From a virus (taxonomy: Duplodnaviria; Caudoviricetes), in IMG/VR virus record IMGVR_UViG_3300050510_000109, positions 1-64,000 of that record: a stretch of 64,000 bases of DNA; one strand, given 5' to 3'. The position numbers were made by a program, and so were the translations under genes. Below, in pieces: positions 1-9,171 of the stretch (position 1 is the stretch's first letter; each line of letters starts with the position of its first letter). The notes under the pieces are model-generated. The model saw only the letters and a program-made list of their open reading frames with translations, was not told where the DNA came from and did no database searches.

Positions 1-195
1 CCAACGCTTACAAGTAGTCACCATGGCTGCATGTCTGCCGGACTTCCATATGCAGTATAGCAGACCTGGACAGCCATATTGTCCAGTTATTCTTCCGGAT
101 AATTTAGGCAAATCTCCTGGATCAGGATTTGTTGGTAACAGTTCCTGAACTGTTAGAGTATTGCCTGGTGGCCAATGGTGTTGTAGGGCCATGGG

Positions 196-1449
196 TCACC
201 CCACGAGCAATAGGTTGCGCTTAGCCCTCGTTATCGCAGTATAAAGCCATCGACTATATGATTGTCTTCCCAACCAGTTAGCGAATCCCTTAGGAGGTTC
301 AAATACCACTACCGATTCAAACTCTGATCCCTGTGCAGTGTGGCAGGTGAGTCCATATCCGAAATCCCATTTATCCAGATGTTGTCTTCCCCAAATGGCT
401 TTGTTTTGGCCAAGCTGCTCACGGGAAATCAGTGCTTCGTACTCTCGTTCGTCATCAAGAAACATTTCGACTCGATACGATTCAGCATCTTTTATTTGTA
501 TTGATTCGACAATGCCCATGGTTCCCTTGGGGATTCCCAGTCTGCGAATATACTCACGACAAACTAGGCGCTCCCCGAGGTTTGGTTGGGTTCCCTCTAT
601 TCCTAGATTTGCTCGCCAGATCTGGTTGAGATCGGTGACTGACAACCTCCCGCGATGTTGCGGATTAGTATGGTCAGCGTTGGCGAAGTACGTAATTCCT
701 ACGATGTTAGGGTCGTCGGCATCAAAGTCCAGTTCATCGCTTAGTCGGATTTTGTCCACACCTGGACCATAGTTTCCGTAATCAATATCCAAGCCCTTAC
801 GAGCCTGGTAGGCCAATTTTAGGATTGCTGAATCCTTAGCCTGCCGTTGAATTTCAACTAAGGTGAAGTCTGGATATCGCATAAGCTCGAACTTGCCCAT
901 GATCTTTGAAACTTCGACGTTGTCCTCGATCGCCTCTAGCTGTCCATGGTCGCCAACGAACAAAATTCGTACTCGCTTAGGCAACGAATACAGTAGGTCT
1001 TCGTAAACTTCTCGATTAACCATGGAACTTTCGTCACAGATGATGAGCTTTATTGTGGAGTTTATCATGACCCGTGCATGGAAGTCCAGATAACACCCAC
1101 AAACATTGAAGCCTGATCTGCCGTGACAGATGTTACGGAGAGATTCCTTTAGTGGACAAGCATCACAGTGACGCTCTTCTTTGCGGTAGAAGGTCTTGTG
1201 GATGGTCATAGCGTTTGCTACGATATCGTTTAGACTCAGTCTATTCTGGACTACCAGTGCTGCTTTGTTCGTTGGAGCGGCGTAGATTATTTCTGACGGC
1301 TCCAATCCCAAGTACATATGCACCAGTGGGATAATTGAGCTTTTACCTGTACCGGCCAAACCTCCAAGCTTGAAGACCCTATTTGTGGTTTGGTGGAACC
1401 ACTTATGGATTTGCGTAAGCGCTTCCTCCTGGTCACCTGTAGGAATCAC
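196..1449 (-). CDS. RecD/Dda-like SF1B helicase
   Basis: Walker A GLAGTGKS, DESSMV, GDHGQL, IQRQ, YGLTCHTAQGSEF and LYTAITRA helicase motifs. Confidence 0.85.
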   Translation of the reverse strand: MIPTGDQEEALTQIHKWFHQTTNRVFKLGGLAGTGKSSIIPLVHMYLGLEPSEIIYAAPTNKAALVVQNRLSLNDIVANAMTIHKTFYRKEERHCDACPLKESLRNICHGRSGFNVCGCYLDFHARVMINSTIKLIICDESSMVNREVYEDLLYSLPKRVRILFVGDHGQLEAIEDNVEVSKIMGKFELMRYPDFTLVEIQRQAKDSAILKLAYQARKGLDIDYGNYGPGVDKIRLSDELDFDADDPNIVGITYFANADHTNPQHRGRLSVTDLNQIWRANLGIEGTQPNLGERLVCREYIRRLGIPKGTMGIVESIQIKDAESYRVEMFLDDEREYEALISREQLGQNKAIWGRQHLDKWDFGYGLTCHTAQGSEFESVVVFEPPKGFANWLGRQSYSRWLYTAITRAKRNLLLVG

Positions 1450-2489
1450 GTTAACCTGCCTCGCTTGCCTGTTAGGTAGCGAATGGCTCTGAACTGAGGA
1501 ATCCCAGCTCTAACTAGTAGGGATATTTCAGCCATCAGTGCATTCACTTCAATTTTTATTTCACTGTAGTTTGGTATACTTAATTCACAGACATCTACTT
1601 GACTAGTTTCGTTGGTTGGAATGTTAGCTAAAGCCCAATCGAGGAGGTTATTCCACTCTGCACCTAAGTCACGAGCCCGATTTGGTGCACAGCAAAATAC
1701 CTCTGATACCTCTTCCATGGATTCGACAACCCCGGCATGTCCATTTACCGCTGCGGTCAGCAAGGTAAATATCACGGATATACCAGTATCATGCAGACCA
1801 GAGTCATAGGCCGCGAGGAGCTTTTCCTTGCACATCTCAGTTAGAGTGTTCATGTAAGTGCAAGGTGGGTCTTGATTGAAGGAATCTAGACCGAAGTTAC
1901 TCACCTCTGAGTTAGAGTCGAATATCATTCGGTCTTCCTTCTTAAGCGCGAGCGCCCATGCGTGTGGCAACTCGGCTATGTCATCTATCGATGGTATGTG
2001 GAAGTCCGGAACTAAATCGCCGCCCAGACCATAGTACCACATATATCGGGATTCCGATTCCCTGTTATAGGACGGAAGTACCATCACGTAACGATGGGTG
2101 TGTTGAACTATAGTAATTCCGCCGATGTTACTTCGCCACTTTTTCGACTCAACTGATGCAGGGATTCGATATAGTAACTTACCGCCCTTGCCACCACGGG
2201 AGTCCGAATTCCATGTAACGGGTAGCGGTCCTAGTTCTTCTTCAAGCTTTGCTAGTCTCTCAAGATCTCCCTTGTAAGCATCTATGTCAATCGCTATCAC
2301 GTTGGGTGGGAGCCTTAGGGCGACATTAGATGACTTGTGGGTGATCAGCCATTTTTTTATTCTGTCAATGTCTGCTAGTGGATACCTGCCGGAAGCTTCC
2401 TTAACTGCGAGCAGCTTGCCGATTGCTGGTAGTGGGCTGAATCCAGCCTCATAATATGCTACAGCACTAATCTCATATGGGTTAAACAA
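1446..2489 (-). CDS. Bifunctional DNA primase/polymerase (Prim-Pol) domain protein
   Basis: N-terminal YYEAGFSPLP...NVALRLPPNVIAIDID...HRYVMVLPS pattern typical of Prim-Pol; lies in the replication cluster. Confidence 0.7.
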   Translation of the reverse strand: MFNPYEISAVAYYEAGFSPLPAIGKLLAVKEASGRYPLADIDRIKKWLITHKSSNVALRLPPNVIAIDIDAYKGDLERLAKLEEELGPLPVTWNSDSRGGKGGKLLYRIPASVESKKWRSNIGGITIVQHTHRYVMVLPSYNRESESRYMWYYGLGGDLVPDFHIPSIDDIAELPHAWALALKKEDRMIFDSNSEVSNFGLDSFNQDPPCTYMNTLTEMCKEKLLAAYDSGLHDTGISVIFTLLTAAVNGHAGVVESMEEVSEVFCCAPNRARDLGAEWNNLLDWALANIPTNETSQVDVCELSIPNYSEIKIEVNALMAEISLLVRAGIPQFRAIRYLTGKRGRLT

Positions 2490-2509
2490 CTTTCACCGTG
2501 TCAATGTTA

Positions 2510-2546
2510 TACAACCCAGTAAGGTACTAGACCTTACTGGGTTGTA
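2510..2546. terminator. Perfect 16-bp hairpin, probable terminator
   Basis: TACAACCCAGTAAGGT-ACTAG-ACCTTACTGGGTTGTA between genes. Confidence 0.6.
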
Positions 2547-2561
2547 GGGTTAGCCGATTAA

Positions 2562-3050
2562 TTAGGAAGGAATTGGCAATCCGCCAGTTGCGGACTTCGA
2601 ATCACTCTTGGTAGAGCGGTAGCGCACGTTGAATTCATCAAACTCGCGGGTGGAGCTGTCCTTGCGGCGAGTACCAGCAGCCAGCTTGGTACCCTTGATC
2701 TTCACTAGCTGTCCCAGCCACGGATCGGGATCTGGAGCGCCATTCTCAATCGATGGGAGCTTGATCTCTTTACCATCAATGAATTCTGGGTGAAGCGCTT
2801 CACATAGCTGCTTAATGGAATACAGTGCGCCTGCGTAAAGCATGACTGTAGTTGGAATGGTAGAACCCTTGTACTGACCTTCCTCAACCACGAGGGTGAG
2901 TTTCCAGTATGGGTTGCCGAAGTTGTCGCCAGCCTTGGCCACAGACTTTAGTTCGATATCAGTAATCCTGCAAATATATTCGCCACTCGGAGGATACTCG
3001 AATTCTTTCGACTCTGCCTCTTTGTCCGACATATTAAGCTTAAAACTCAC
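2562..3050 (-). CDS. DUF669-like ssDNA-binding protein
   Basis: PPSGEYICRITDIELK...GNPYWKLTLVVEEGQYKG pattern; directly downstream of the Sak4-like ATPase. Confidence 0.6.
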   Translation of the reverse strand: MSFKLNMSDKEAESKEFEYPPSGEYICRITDIELKSVAKAGDNFGNPYWKLTLVVEEGQYKGSTIPTTVMLYAGALYSIKQLCEALHPEFIDGKEIKLPSIENGAPDPDPWLGQLVKIKGTKLAAGTRRKDSSTREFDEFNVRYRSTKSDSKSATGGLPIPS

Positions 3051-3055
3051 TGAGA

Positions 3056-3790
3056 TCAGCCTTCCTGATTAACGTGCTTGTAAATATCAGCCATAGTAGG
3101 GTTAGCCATAAGCATCGGTAAGAAATTCGATCGGTCTTTGGCTATTGTTCCTGGAGTGTTTCCTGTCTGCAAGATTCTAGTCGGTACCTTATCCACTTCC
3201 TCCATACCCAAATATGTGACGATATCTAGGAATCCACACACTTCGTCAGCAACTTTACCATTAAGCGAAGGCTTCTTTCTGGACATACCAGTTCGCTTAT
3301 CTACATCCACCCGGACAAGTGCTGTGAAAAGTGTATTAACTCCTTCGAGATCCCGAAATGCCCTAACGTATCTGCGGACTTGTTCGATGTTGATGTTCCA
3401 CTCTTTCAATTCAGGAACAACTTGATCGTCTCCACCCTTGCGGGTGAGCATGGTATAGTCCATACCAATTTTTTGCATTTCGGTTATACTATCGATGATG
3501 ATAGTTTTGTAGCCATGATCCGGGGATTGCTTCAGCCTAGCATGAACCTTCTTCAGCTTATCCCAAGTGTCGATACGGACGCATTCAAGTTCAGGGTATA
3601 TGGATCGTAGGGTTAGACTTCCACCTTCGACATCAAGTAGGAGTGCCGGACACAATTCTGGGACATCACATACAGTTCCACAGAACCTAGTCTTTCCAAC
3701 TCCACTCTCACCATAAACCAGAAAATTGAATTTTGGCTCTTTGTCTTTTACCTGATAGATTGGCAAATCAGCAATTTGTTTGACTGACAC
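3056..3790 (-). CDS. AAA_24 / Sak4-like ATPase (recombination)
   Basis: LVYGESGVGKT Walker A, LLLDVEGG, TIIIDSITE Walker B. Confidence 0.75.
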   Translation of the reverse strand: MSVKQIADLPIYQVKDKEPKFNFLVYGESGVGKTRFCGTVCDVPELCPALLLDVEGGSLTLRSIYPELECVRIDTWDKLKKVHARLKQSPDHGYKTIIIDSITEMQKIGMDYTMLTRKGGDDQVVPELKEWNINIEQVRRYVRAFRDLEGVNTLFTALVRVDVDKRTGMSRKKPSLNGKVADEVCGFLDIVTYLGMEEVDKVPTRILQTGNTPGTIAKDRSNFLPMLMANPTMADIYKHVNQEG

Positions 3791-3848
3791 ATTGTCGCCT
3801 TTGTCCGTCGTGTTGTCACAGGTGTCAGTAGCCTATCATGGGCCAGTC

Positions 3849-4175
3849 TCACTGTCCAGGCATGGGTTCATATCGATCGGTACCTATCTTAGTGTACTGT
3901 TCATAAGCCAAAACGCCAGCAAGCATTGCTGAATGCCGTTCCACTTCACCCTTCCAGAAAGAGTATTTGCTAAACACATCTTTCAGGGTTCGTGCCTTGT
4001 CTTTAACATCTGTAATTCTGTCGCCAAGAGTCACTTTGTCAAGTCCAACGTTCTCTGCGTAGATCCTCTCACGTTGCTTAATTGCATCGCTGAGTTGGTT
4101 CCACTCGTCGGACGCGGCAGATGCCTTGTTATATGCTTTAATTAAGTCTCTATATACATCGTGTGGAGTAGTCAT
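3849..4175 (-). CDS. Hypothetical protein
   Basis: ORF overlaps the neighbouring gene end by 4 bp in the operon. Confidence 0.55.
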   Translation of the reverse strand: MTTPHDVYRDLIKAYNKASAASDEWNQLSDAIKQRERIYAENVGLDKVTLGDRITDVKDKARTLKDVFSKYSFWKGEVERHSAMLAGVLAYEQYTKIGTDRYEPMPGQ

Positions 4176-5416
4176 AGTCTGCTCTCAGTAAACATAGATT
4201 CTAGGGTATACTTGTAATCCTCCCCACGGTTTTGTCCATCACACGGAACCCGATACATACAAGAGCTGCAACTGAATCGGGAAGGTTGTGGGTAAACTCG
4301 TGGATTGCCGAGGATATCCTTGGCCTCGTTAATTAGATCGTTCCAGAAGTTTTGAATTTGTATATCAGTCTTGTATATAACGTGGCGCTGGTAGAACTTC
4401 GGTGCCATCTTACCTTGCAAGAATTCCAGGTATTCGTCGTAGCATCCCATGTTATAACCGCGAACGTCTTCGGCCATAATGGTGTTAATGAAAGTTTCGT
4501 ATTCCATGGGAGCATTTCTGTCTGTACTGAAAGCTCTTCCTTTATACTCTCGTTGTAAGCGCTTGGGCTTCTCCGGTACTGCCTTGCGCTGTTCGTGGTA
4601 AATGAAGCCGTCCACGCGCCTGCCAAGCTTGCGAATCGCTACCGGGTAGCCTGCAACCTGGTCGTCCAGTTCTAGGAAGGCAGCTTCGTCGAAATCATCT
4701 AGAATTCTGGCGGTTGTTTTCCAATCCACACAAAGTATCCTGTGGTCGGAGTCTTCGAAAATGGCATCGATTCGTCCACCAAAGGTGACAGGTAAACCAG
4801 CCCATAGTTTCCAGTAGTTGGATTCTGTTGCGCAGAACTGCCGGGCTTTGTCGGGTCCTCGTCCCTTGTTGATGAAGTACTGGTAAGTTTCCTCTTGCCA
4901 TTTGTCATGGTGAGCAATCCCATCGGAAGAAGTTTTCCATCTCACCTTGCAAGCTTCACAACCACAATTGAAGCCCAAGCTTACCTCGAAGGGAATCTCT
5001 ACAGCTAGTGGAGTCAAACCCTGATCAATCTTGGGGCTTATCTTTGTAGTATAATACTTCACCATGTCTATGCCTAGTGACAGGCTGTGTTTGTATCGCT
5101 CAATGACATCATCTTCAGGTCTACCATTAAGCTCAATGTATCTGCTGTATTGGTCCTGAACCGTGTCCTTGAAAGCATCAATTGCGTTGCGCGACTTTGT
5201 CCAGTTATCTTCTGCCCAAGTGTCCGGGTTATAGTAGGTCTCCATGGCAACGTGATAAGCCGTACCAAATTCCAGAGGTGCGGGCGTTACCGTGGGGTGA
5301 TAATTTTGCCGATAAGCCCAGTCCCAACGGCGACGACAGCCACGAAAAGCTCTGCGCTCAGAGGTGTGAATTGAATGGATCAGTCCTTTATCGATGTACT
5401 CCTGAATTTCCATCAT
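4172..5416 (-). CDS. Cas4/RecB-like PD-(D/E)XK exonuclease
   Basis: HTSERRAFRGCRR, GRIDAIF, VDWKT, QVAGY and C-terminal CSSCMYRVPC Fe-S cysteines. Confidence 0.75.
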   Translation of the reverse strand: MMEIQEYIDKGLIHSIHTSERRAFRGCRRRWDWAYRQNYHPTVTPAPLEFGTAYHVAMETYYNPDTWAEDNWTKSRNAIDAFKDTVQDQYSRYIELNGRPEDDVIERYKHSLSLGIDMVKYYTTKISPKIDQGLTPLAVEIPFEVSLGFNCGCEACKVRWKTSSDGIAHHDKWQEETYQYFINKGRGPDKARQFCATESNYWKLWAGLPVTFGGRIDAIFEDSDHRILCVDWKTTARILDDFDEAAFLELDDQVAGYPVAIRKLGRRVDGFIYHEQRKAVPEKPKRLQREYKGRAFSTDRNAPMEYETFINTIMAEDVRGYNMGCYDEYLEFLQGKMAPKFYQRHVIYKTDIQIQNFWNDLINEAKDILGNPRVYPQPSRFSCSSCMYRVPCDGQNRGEDYKYTLESMFTESRL

Positions 5417-5579
5417 CCCTCTTTGTTTGTTTCTTGTATGCTCTACGTGCAGCTCTGTTGCCGTTGGGATCTGGTGCTTGATCTAGGGCTTCATTTTTCA
5501 GAAGCTTACGCCAGTTCGTTGTGTTAAGCAGCTTTGCTCTGGGTGCTGGGTTCACCTGTCGAATCCTCCGGAAGGACAT
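5388..5579 (-). CDS. Small basic hypothetical protein
   Basis: ORF track 5388-5609; trimmed to internal ATG (MSFRRIRQ). Confidence 0.3.
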   Translation of the reverse strand: MSFRRIRQVNPAPRAKLLNTTNWRKLLKNEALDQAPDPNGNRAARRAYKKQTKRDDGNSGVHR

Positions 5580-5814
5580 ATTGAGTTTTGGGAGTTTCGT
5601 TCCAAGCAATGTGCTCTTGCTTGAAGTTCCTGGCTATCCTTGACAGCTCTTGCCAAAGATTGTGCTTGAGGAAGTTCTCAGAGTTAGGTAACTCAATACA
5701 CCAGTGACAATTCATCGTGTGCGAGGTTGGTTGAGAGTGAACCATGCTGGCAAAGGTAGCTATTGCATGAGTCCGAACTACTCGATCAACTGCTTTTATG
5801 TACTCTGCCCACAA
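5524..5814 (-). CDS. Hypothetical protein
   Basis: ORF on the coding strand; start uncertain. Confidence 0.35.
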   Translation of the reverse strand: MWAEYIKAVDRVVRTHAIATFASMVHSQPTSHTMNCHWCIELPNSENFLKHNLWQELSRIARNFKQEHIAWNETPKTQYVLPEDSTGEPSTQSKAA

Positions 5815-5861
5815 AGGTTGTGAGAGCTGGTCGTGTGAATTGTCTATGCTGATCCAAACTA

Positions 5862-6071
5862 TTATAGAAATTTGACTCTCTCCTTAGTTCCATCTTCGTA
5901 TTGGAAGAATAGAGTTGCACCTTCATTTTGAGCTTCTATAAAGTACGCATAGGCTTTGAGAGATTTGGCGACTACATCAGTCTTATTAATTCCTTCGCTC
6001 TCAGCTACTGTACTCAAGGCTATGGCAGCGCTCTTGGTAAGGTTTACTGTGATTCGCTCGCCGTTTTCCAT
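5862..6071 (-). CDS. Ribbon-helix-helix (CopG-like) DNA-binding protein
   Basis: ERITVNLT beta strand followed by two helices (INKTDVVAKSLKAY). Confidence 0.6.
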   Translation of the reverse strand: MENGERITVNLTKSAAIALSTVAESEGINKTDVVAKSLKAYAYFIEAQNEGATLFFQYEDGTKERVKFL

Positions 6072-6206
6072 CTATCACGACCTCGTTGACACTCAGTGCA
6101 GTATATGACGTAATTGTAAGGATCTCTTGCTACTAGTTGATTCTCATATTCCGTAAGAATCTTTATCACTCGACCACAGTCTTGACATTCTAGAATTTTT
6201 GTGAAT

Positions 6207-6419
6207 TCATTCATCGACGTCAACCCAGTGCCACTTCTTTAATGCCGTGAGTGGATACGACCCTAAGTGCTTTCTTGTTGGGTACGAGTTGTAGTTATTA
6301 TCTTCTATGTATTCAAGTTGGTCATAGACCCTGAGTACGCCTTCTTTGACTTCAGTTCTGCGCGCACCTTCTACAACTTCATCCGTCCCATCTATATACC
6401 ATATTTTTAATTTCCTCAT
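6207..6419 (-). CDS. Hypothetical protein
   Basis: ORF immediately downstream of tRNA-Gln. Confidence 0.5.
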   Translation of the reverse strand: MRKLKIWYIDGTDEVVEGARRTEVKEGVLRVYDQLEYIEDNNYNSYPTRKHLGSYPLTALKKWHWVDVDE

Positions 6420-6420
6420 G

Positions 6421-6493
6421 CTGGAGTACTAGGGTTCGAACCTAGAGTCTTCAGATCCAAAATCTGACGTGTTGCCAATTACACCATACTCCA
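6421..6493 (-). tRNA. tRNA-Gln (UUG)
   Basis: Cloverleaf: TGGAGTA/TACTCCA acceptor, TCAGA-TTTTGGA-TCTGA anticodon arm, TTCGAAC T-loop. Confidence 0.9.
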
Positions 6494-6497
6494 TAGT

Positions 6498-6624
6498 GGA
6501 GGCGCCTCTTGAGCCTAGTCGTATCGTTGGAGCCAGGGGCCAGAACGGTCGCAAACCCCAACACACCCCTGCATCAATCAGTTCATCGATTCGGTTATGA
6601 GCCGACAACGATAAAGGCGCCTCC
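6498..6624 (-). ncRNA. Unassigned structured RNA
   Basis: GGAGGCGCCT/AGGCGCCTCC terminal stem, inner TATCGTTG/CAACGATA and CAGGGG/CCCCTG stems; no ORF; 4 nt upstream of the tRNA. Confidence 0.45.
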
Positions 6625-6694
6625 TGCTTAATTGGTGATAAGAACCATCTAACGAGGTCAGCGTCCGATCAGCCCGACACTATGGTTCTTATTC

Positions 6695-6886
6695 TTACCT
6701 GGCTGCCCAGACCAAAAAGAACATAGACAGACCAAATAAGCAGTTAATTACCATCAAAACTGCTAGTAATAACCCGGCCTTGCCATCGTTGGATAGACCG
6801 TTAAACCAGCTTCGGCCAGCACCAAGTGCCTGGCGGAATTTTCCCATCCTCCTGTGGAGTCCCATGGGATACATTGAATTCTTCAA
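6695..6886 (-). CDS. Small membrane protein
   Basis: C-terminal hydrophobic helix; start uncertain. Confidence 0.35.
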   Translation of the reverse strand: MKNSMYPMGLHRRMGKFRQALGAGRSWFNGLSNDGKAGLLLAVLMVINCLFGLSMFFLVWAAR

Positions 6887-7079
6887 AATGTCCTCTGGCC
6901 CCCGGAGTGATCACATGCAAGTGAACATGCATTTCATCATCCAGATCTGAAATATTTCCATCCAGGACATTTTGCTGATCCAACTCTTCGAGTGTACAAG
7001 AAACGATTGCCGCGCGAAGCGCTTGCACGCCTTCCTTGCCGCGATAGTGGACAGTTCTACCTAACGTTGGAACTTTCAC
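6801..7079 (-). CDS. Conserved phage hypothetical protein
   Basis: GTG start after GAAGGAG SD; VPTLGRTVHY...PPGTWCWP; ORF track extends to 7202. Confidence 0.55.
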   Translation of the reverse strand: MKVPTLGRTVHYRGKEGVQALRAAIVSCTLEELDQQNVLDGNISDLDDEMHVHLHVITPGARGHFEEFNVSHGTPQEDGKIPPGTWCWPKLV

Positions 7080-7195
7080 TTCTTCTCCTTCGAAGGCTTC
7101 CAAAATGACTTGGACGGACTTCATTAAATCTTCTAGAAGCTGTCTACTTGCTTCATCTAAGACAGCCTTGAGCTTAATTAACAGGTTGGCTTCTT

Positions 7196-7891
7196 TTACC
7201 ATTTGGTCCGCCTAACCTTGTCGGAGTCGATATCAAACTGCTTGCCATTTTTCCAGGCGCGGAAGGCTCGCAGATCCGCCCCGATATTCTCGCTAGCCTC
7301 GATGTAAGTCTTGTCAATTTCCGACTTTTCCACGACTGGGTGCAAGTGCTCAACGACTACCTGTGGTACATAAGATATTCGCTTAGTTTCGGTACCCAAC
7401 TCCATAATGACATTATCCACATACATGTGTCTGCATGAGGGCAACATCATCCAGTTAAGTTCCTCGACCACTTTAGCAGATGACATCCAGGCTGTACATA
7501 GTCCAGAACCATTGATCATATCATCGCCATAGGCGAAGCCTGGACCATCAAGTTTCTTGATTGCTTCAGCTAATTTCTTGTTCCAGAAACTTGTGTTTAC
7601 TTTGTGGTCGTCTCCCATGGAAACCAGAAATACATCGTCGATGCCATAGCTACTGATAGCTGCCTCGGCTAGGAAATTTGTCCAGCCAGACAGGGTATCT
7701 CTAGGACCACCGAATACTTGTAGGTTTTCGTATTTCAATGGGAGCTTAAAGTAGGAATCGCAGTTCGGATCATCCTGGTCAACCGCAGCCATTACGATTG
7801 TTTCCCCGAATGAATAAGCCGAGATCGAAGTTACCGTCCTAGCTAGCTTCCGGGGTCTTCCCCGAGACGGGATCAGAACTACTGTTTTCAC
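7196..7891 (-). CDS. Glycosyltransferase (GT-A / family 2-like)
   Basis: VVLIPSRGRP start, MGDDH DxD-like motif, AYGDD, HMYVDN, VVEHLH. Confidence 0.75.
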   Translation of the reverse strand: MKTVVLIPSRGRPRKLARTVTSISAYSFGETIVMAAVDQDDPNCDSYFKLPLKYENLQVFGGPRDTLSGWTNFLAEAAISSYGIDDVFLVSMGDDHKVNTSFWNKKLAEAIKKLDGPGFAYGDDMINGSGLCTAWMSSAKVVEELNWMMLPSCRHMYVDNVIMELGTETKRISYVPQVVVEHLHPVVEKSEIDKTYIEASENIGADLRAFRAWKNGKQFDIDSDKVRRTKW

Positions 7892-8096
7892 TCATCGCCT
7901 CATTAAACGCTTTGGCTGCTTGAAATCCCAAACGCATGAATTCCTCTAGCTTACTTTTGCGTGTGGTTAGGGCAGACTCAACTACCCTAAGGATTCCAAG
8001 GATTACTTGCTCTTCGGTTGCATTCTCGATGTTCAATGCATATTCCTCGCGGAACTTTACATCGTCATCAATGAACAGACTAATAGATGTAGTCAT
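7839..8096 (-). CDS. Hypothetical protein
   Basis: ORF in operon. Confidence 0.45.
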   Translation of the reverse strand: MTTSISLFIDDDVKFREEYALNIENATEEQVILGILRVVESALTTRKSKLEEFMRLGFQAAKAFNEAMSENSSSDPVSGKTPEAS

Positions 8097-8220
8097 GAAA
8101 AGATCTTATGTCCTTTGCGATGGAAGGTCTTGAACACCTTTTCGGTATCCATCTTGAACCATTCTTGCAACAGATAAAGAAAGATTGGTGTATCATACAG
8201 CTCAACGCATTTTTTGCAAC

Positions 8221-8406
8221 TCATTCGAATGGCTCCATCATGACACTTCGACTCTTCGACACTGATTGAACTGCTTGTATTTTCTGCATAACCAGAGTAA
8301 CCCGCTTTGCTTGTTCATCATGGCTAAACCTCTTCAGGTATGCTCCATGTCTAATCAAAGCTTCGTCGATAAGGTCGAGTTCTTCCTCAGACAGCTTTGC
8401 CTTCAT
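8221..8406 (-). CDS. Hypothetical protein
   Basis: Internal ATG (MKAKLSEEE) of ORF-track 8221-8721, overlapping the end of the previous gene. Confidence 0.4.
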   Translation of the reverse strand: MKAKLSEEELDLIDEALIRHGAYLKRFSHDEQAKRVTLVMQKIQAVQSVSKSRSVMMEPFE

Positions 8407-8968
8407 CTGCCTTCTCTCCGTGAGTGGGGCAGTGATAGCTGCCACAGGTAATGATTCCGACCCCGACATCAACCTCGCAACAGGGCGAATCACACGAACA
8501 GATTTGTGCTTTCTGTGGTGGAAGGTCATAGCATGACTTGCAAAGTCGATGTCCACAGTCGTCGCAATTTTGATCATCTGCGGCGATGTGACCTTCTTTG
8601 TTAAGTGCAGCGCAAGCGCAACACAAGTTGCATAAAGGCATGCCAAGACGAGCAAACTCCATGTCTTTGCAGATGTAGCAATTATCACGGAAGACCTTTG
8701 GGGTAGTTTTGAAGTCGTCACTTAATAAGTGACGTGCAGGATCGTGTGGGCCAATGCGAGGTGTCCCGTGCCTACTAGTTGTTGCTAACCATTCATCTAT
8801 AAGTTCTGGGAATTCGACTACTTTATCTATATTTCCTTTTTCACCGAACCATGACCCTTTACACCTGCATACATGAGGTACATCTTTGTCGTGTGGGTCT
8901 AATATACAACGGCAGGTAACATACATTCCGTGTGATAATACGTATTCAAGGCATTTTTTATCGCTCAT
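8387..8968 (-). CDS. Cys-rich (zinc-binding) hypothetical protein
   Basis: Many CxC/CxxC pairs; 4-bp overlap with the upstream gene. Confidence 0.5.
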   Translation of the reverse strand: MSDKKCLEYVLSHGMYVTCRCILDPHDKDVPHVCRCKGSWFGEKGNIDKVVEFPELIDEWLATTSRHGTPRIGPHDPARHLLSDDFKTTPKVFRDNCYICKDMEFARLGMPLCNLCCACAALNKEGHIAADDQNCDDCGHRLCKSCYDLPPQKAQICSCDSPCCEVDVGVGIITCGSYHCPTHGEKADEGKAV

Positions 8969-9171
8969 GATATTTTAACCCAAATTCTATCCCTATTTTT
9001 GTGTGGTGCGAGTGTGAGTAAGATATGTGAGAATAACAGTCTTCGCTTGATGCATTTCCATCTAGCTCCACATTCTTCGCACTCTACTACGGTGCCTAAT
9101 GGAGAGTTTCCCATGCACCATAATCCGTTTGTGCAGCTATGGAATTGCTTCTCTTCCGCCACTATTCTCAT
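8965..9171 (-). CDS. Small zinc-finger-like protein
   Basis: HSC...CEECG; 4-bp overlaps at both ends. Confidence 0.45.
   Translation of the reverse strand: MRIVAEEKQFHSCTNGLWCMGNSPLGTVVECEECGARWKCIKRRLLFSHILLTLAPHKNRDRIWVKIS

Noticed and set aside
4172-5416. Cas4 as part of a CRISPR system
   Set aside because: It sits in a standard phage recombination module with a Sak4-like ATPase and an SSB, with no cas1/cas2 or array.
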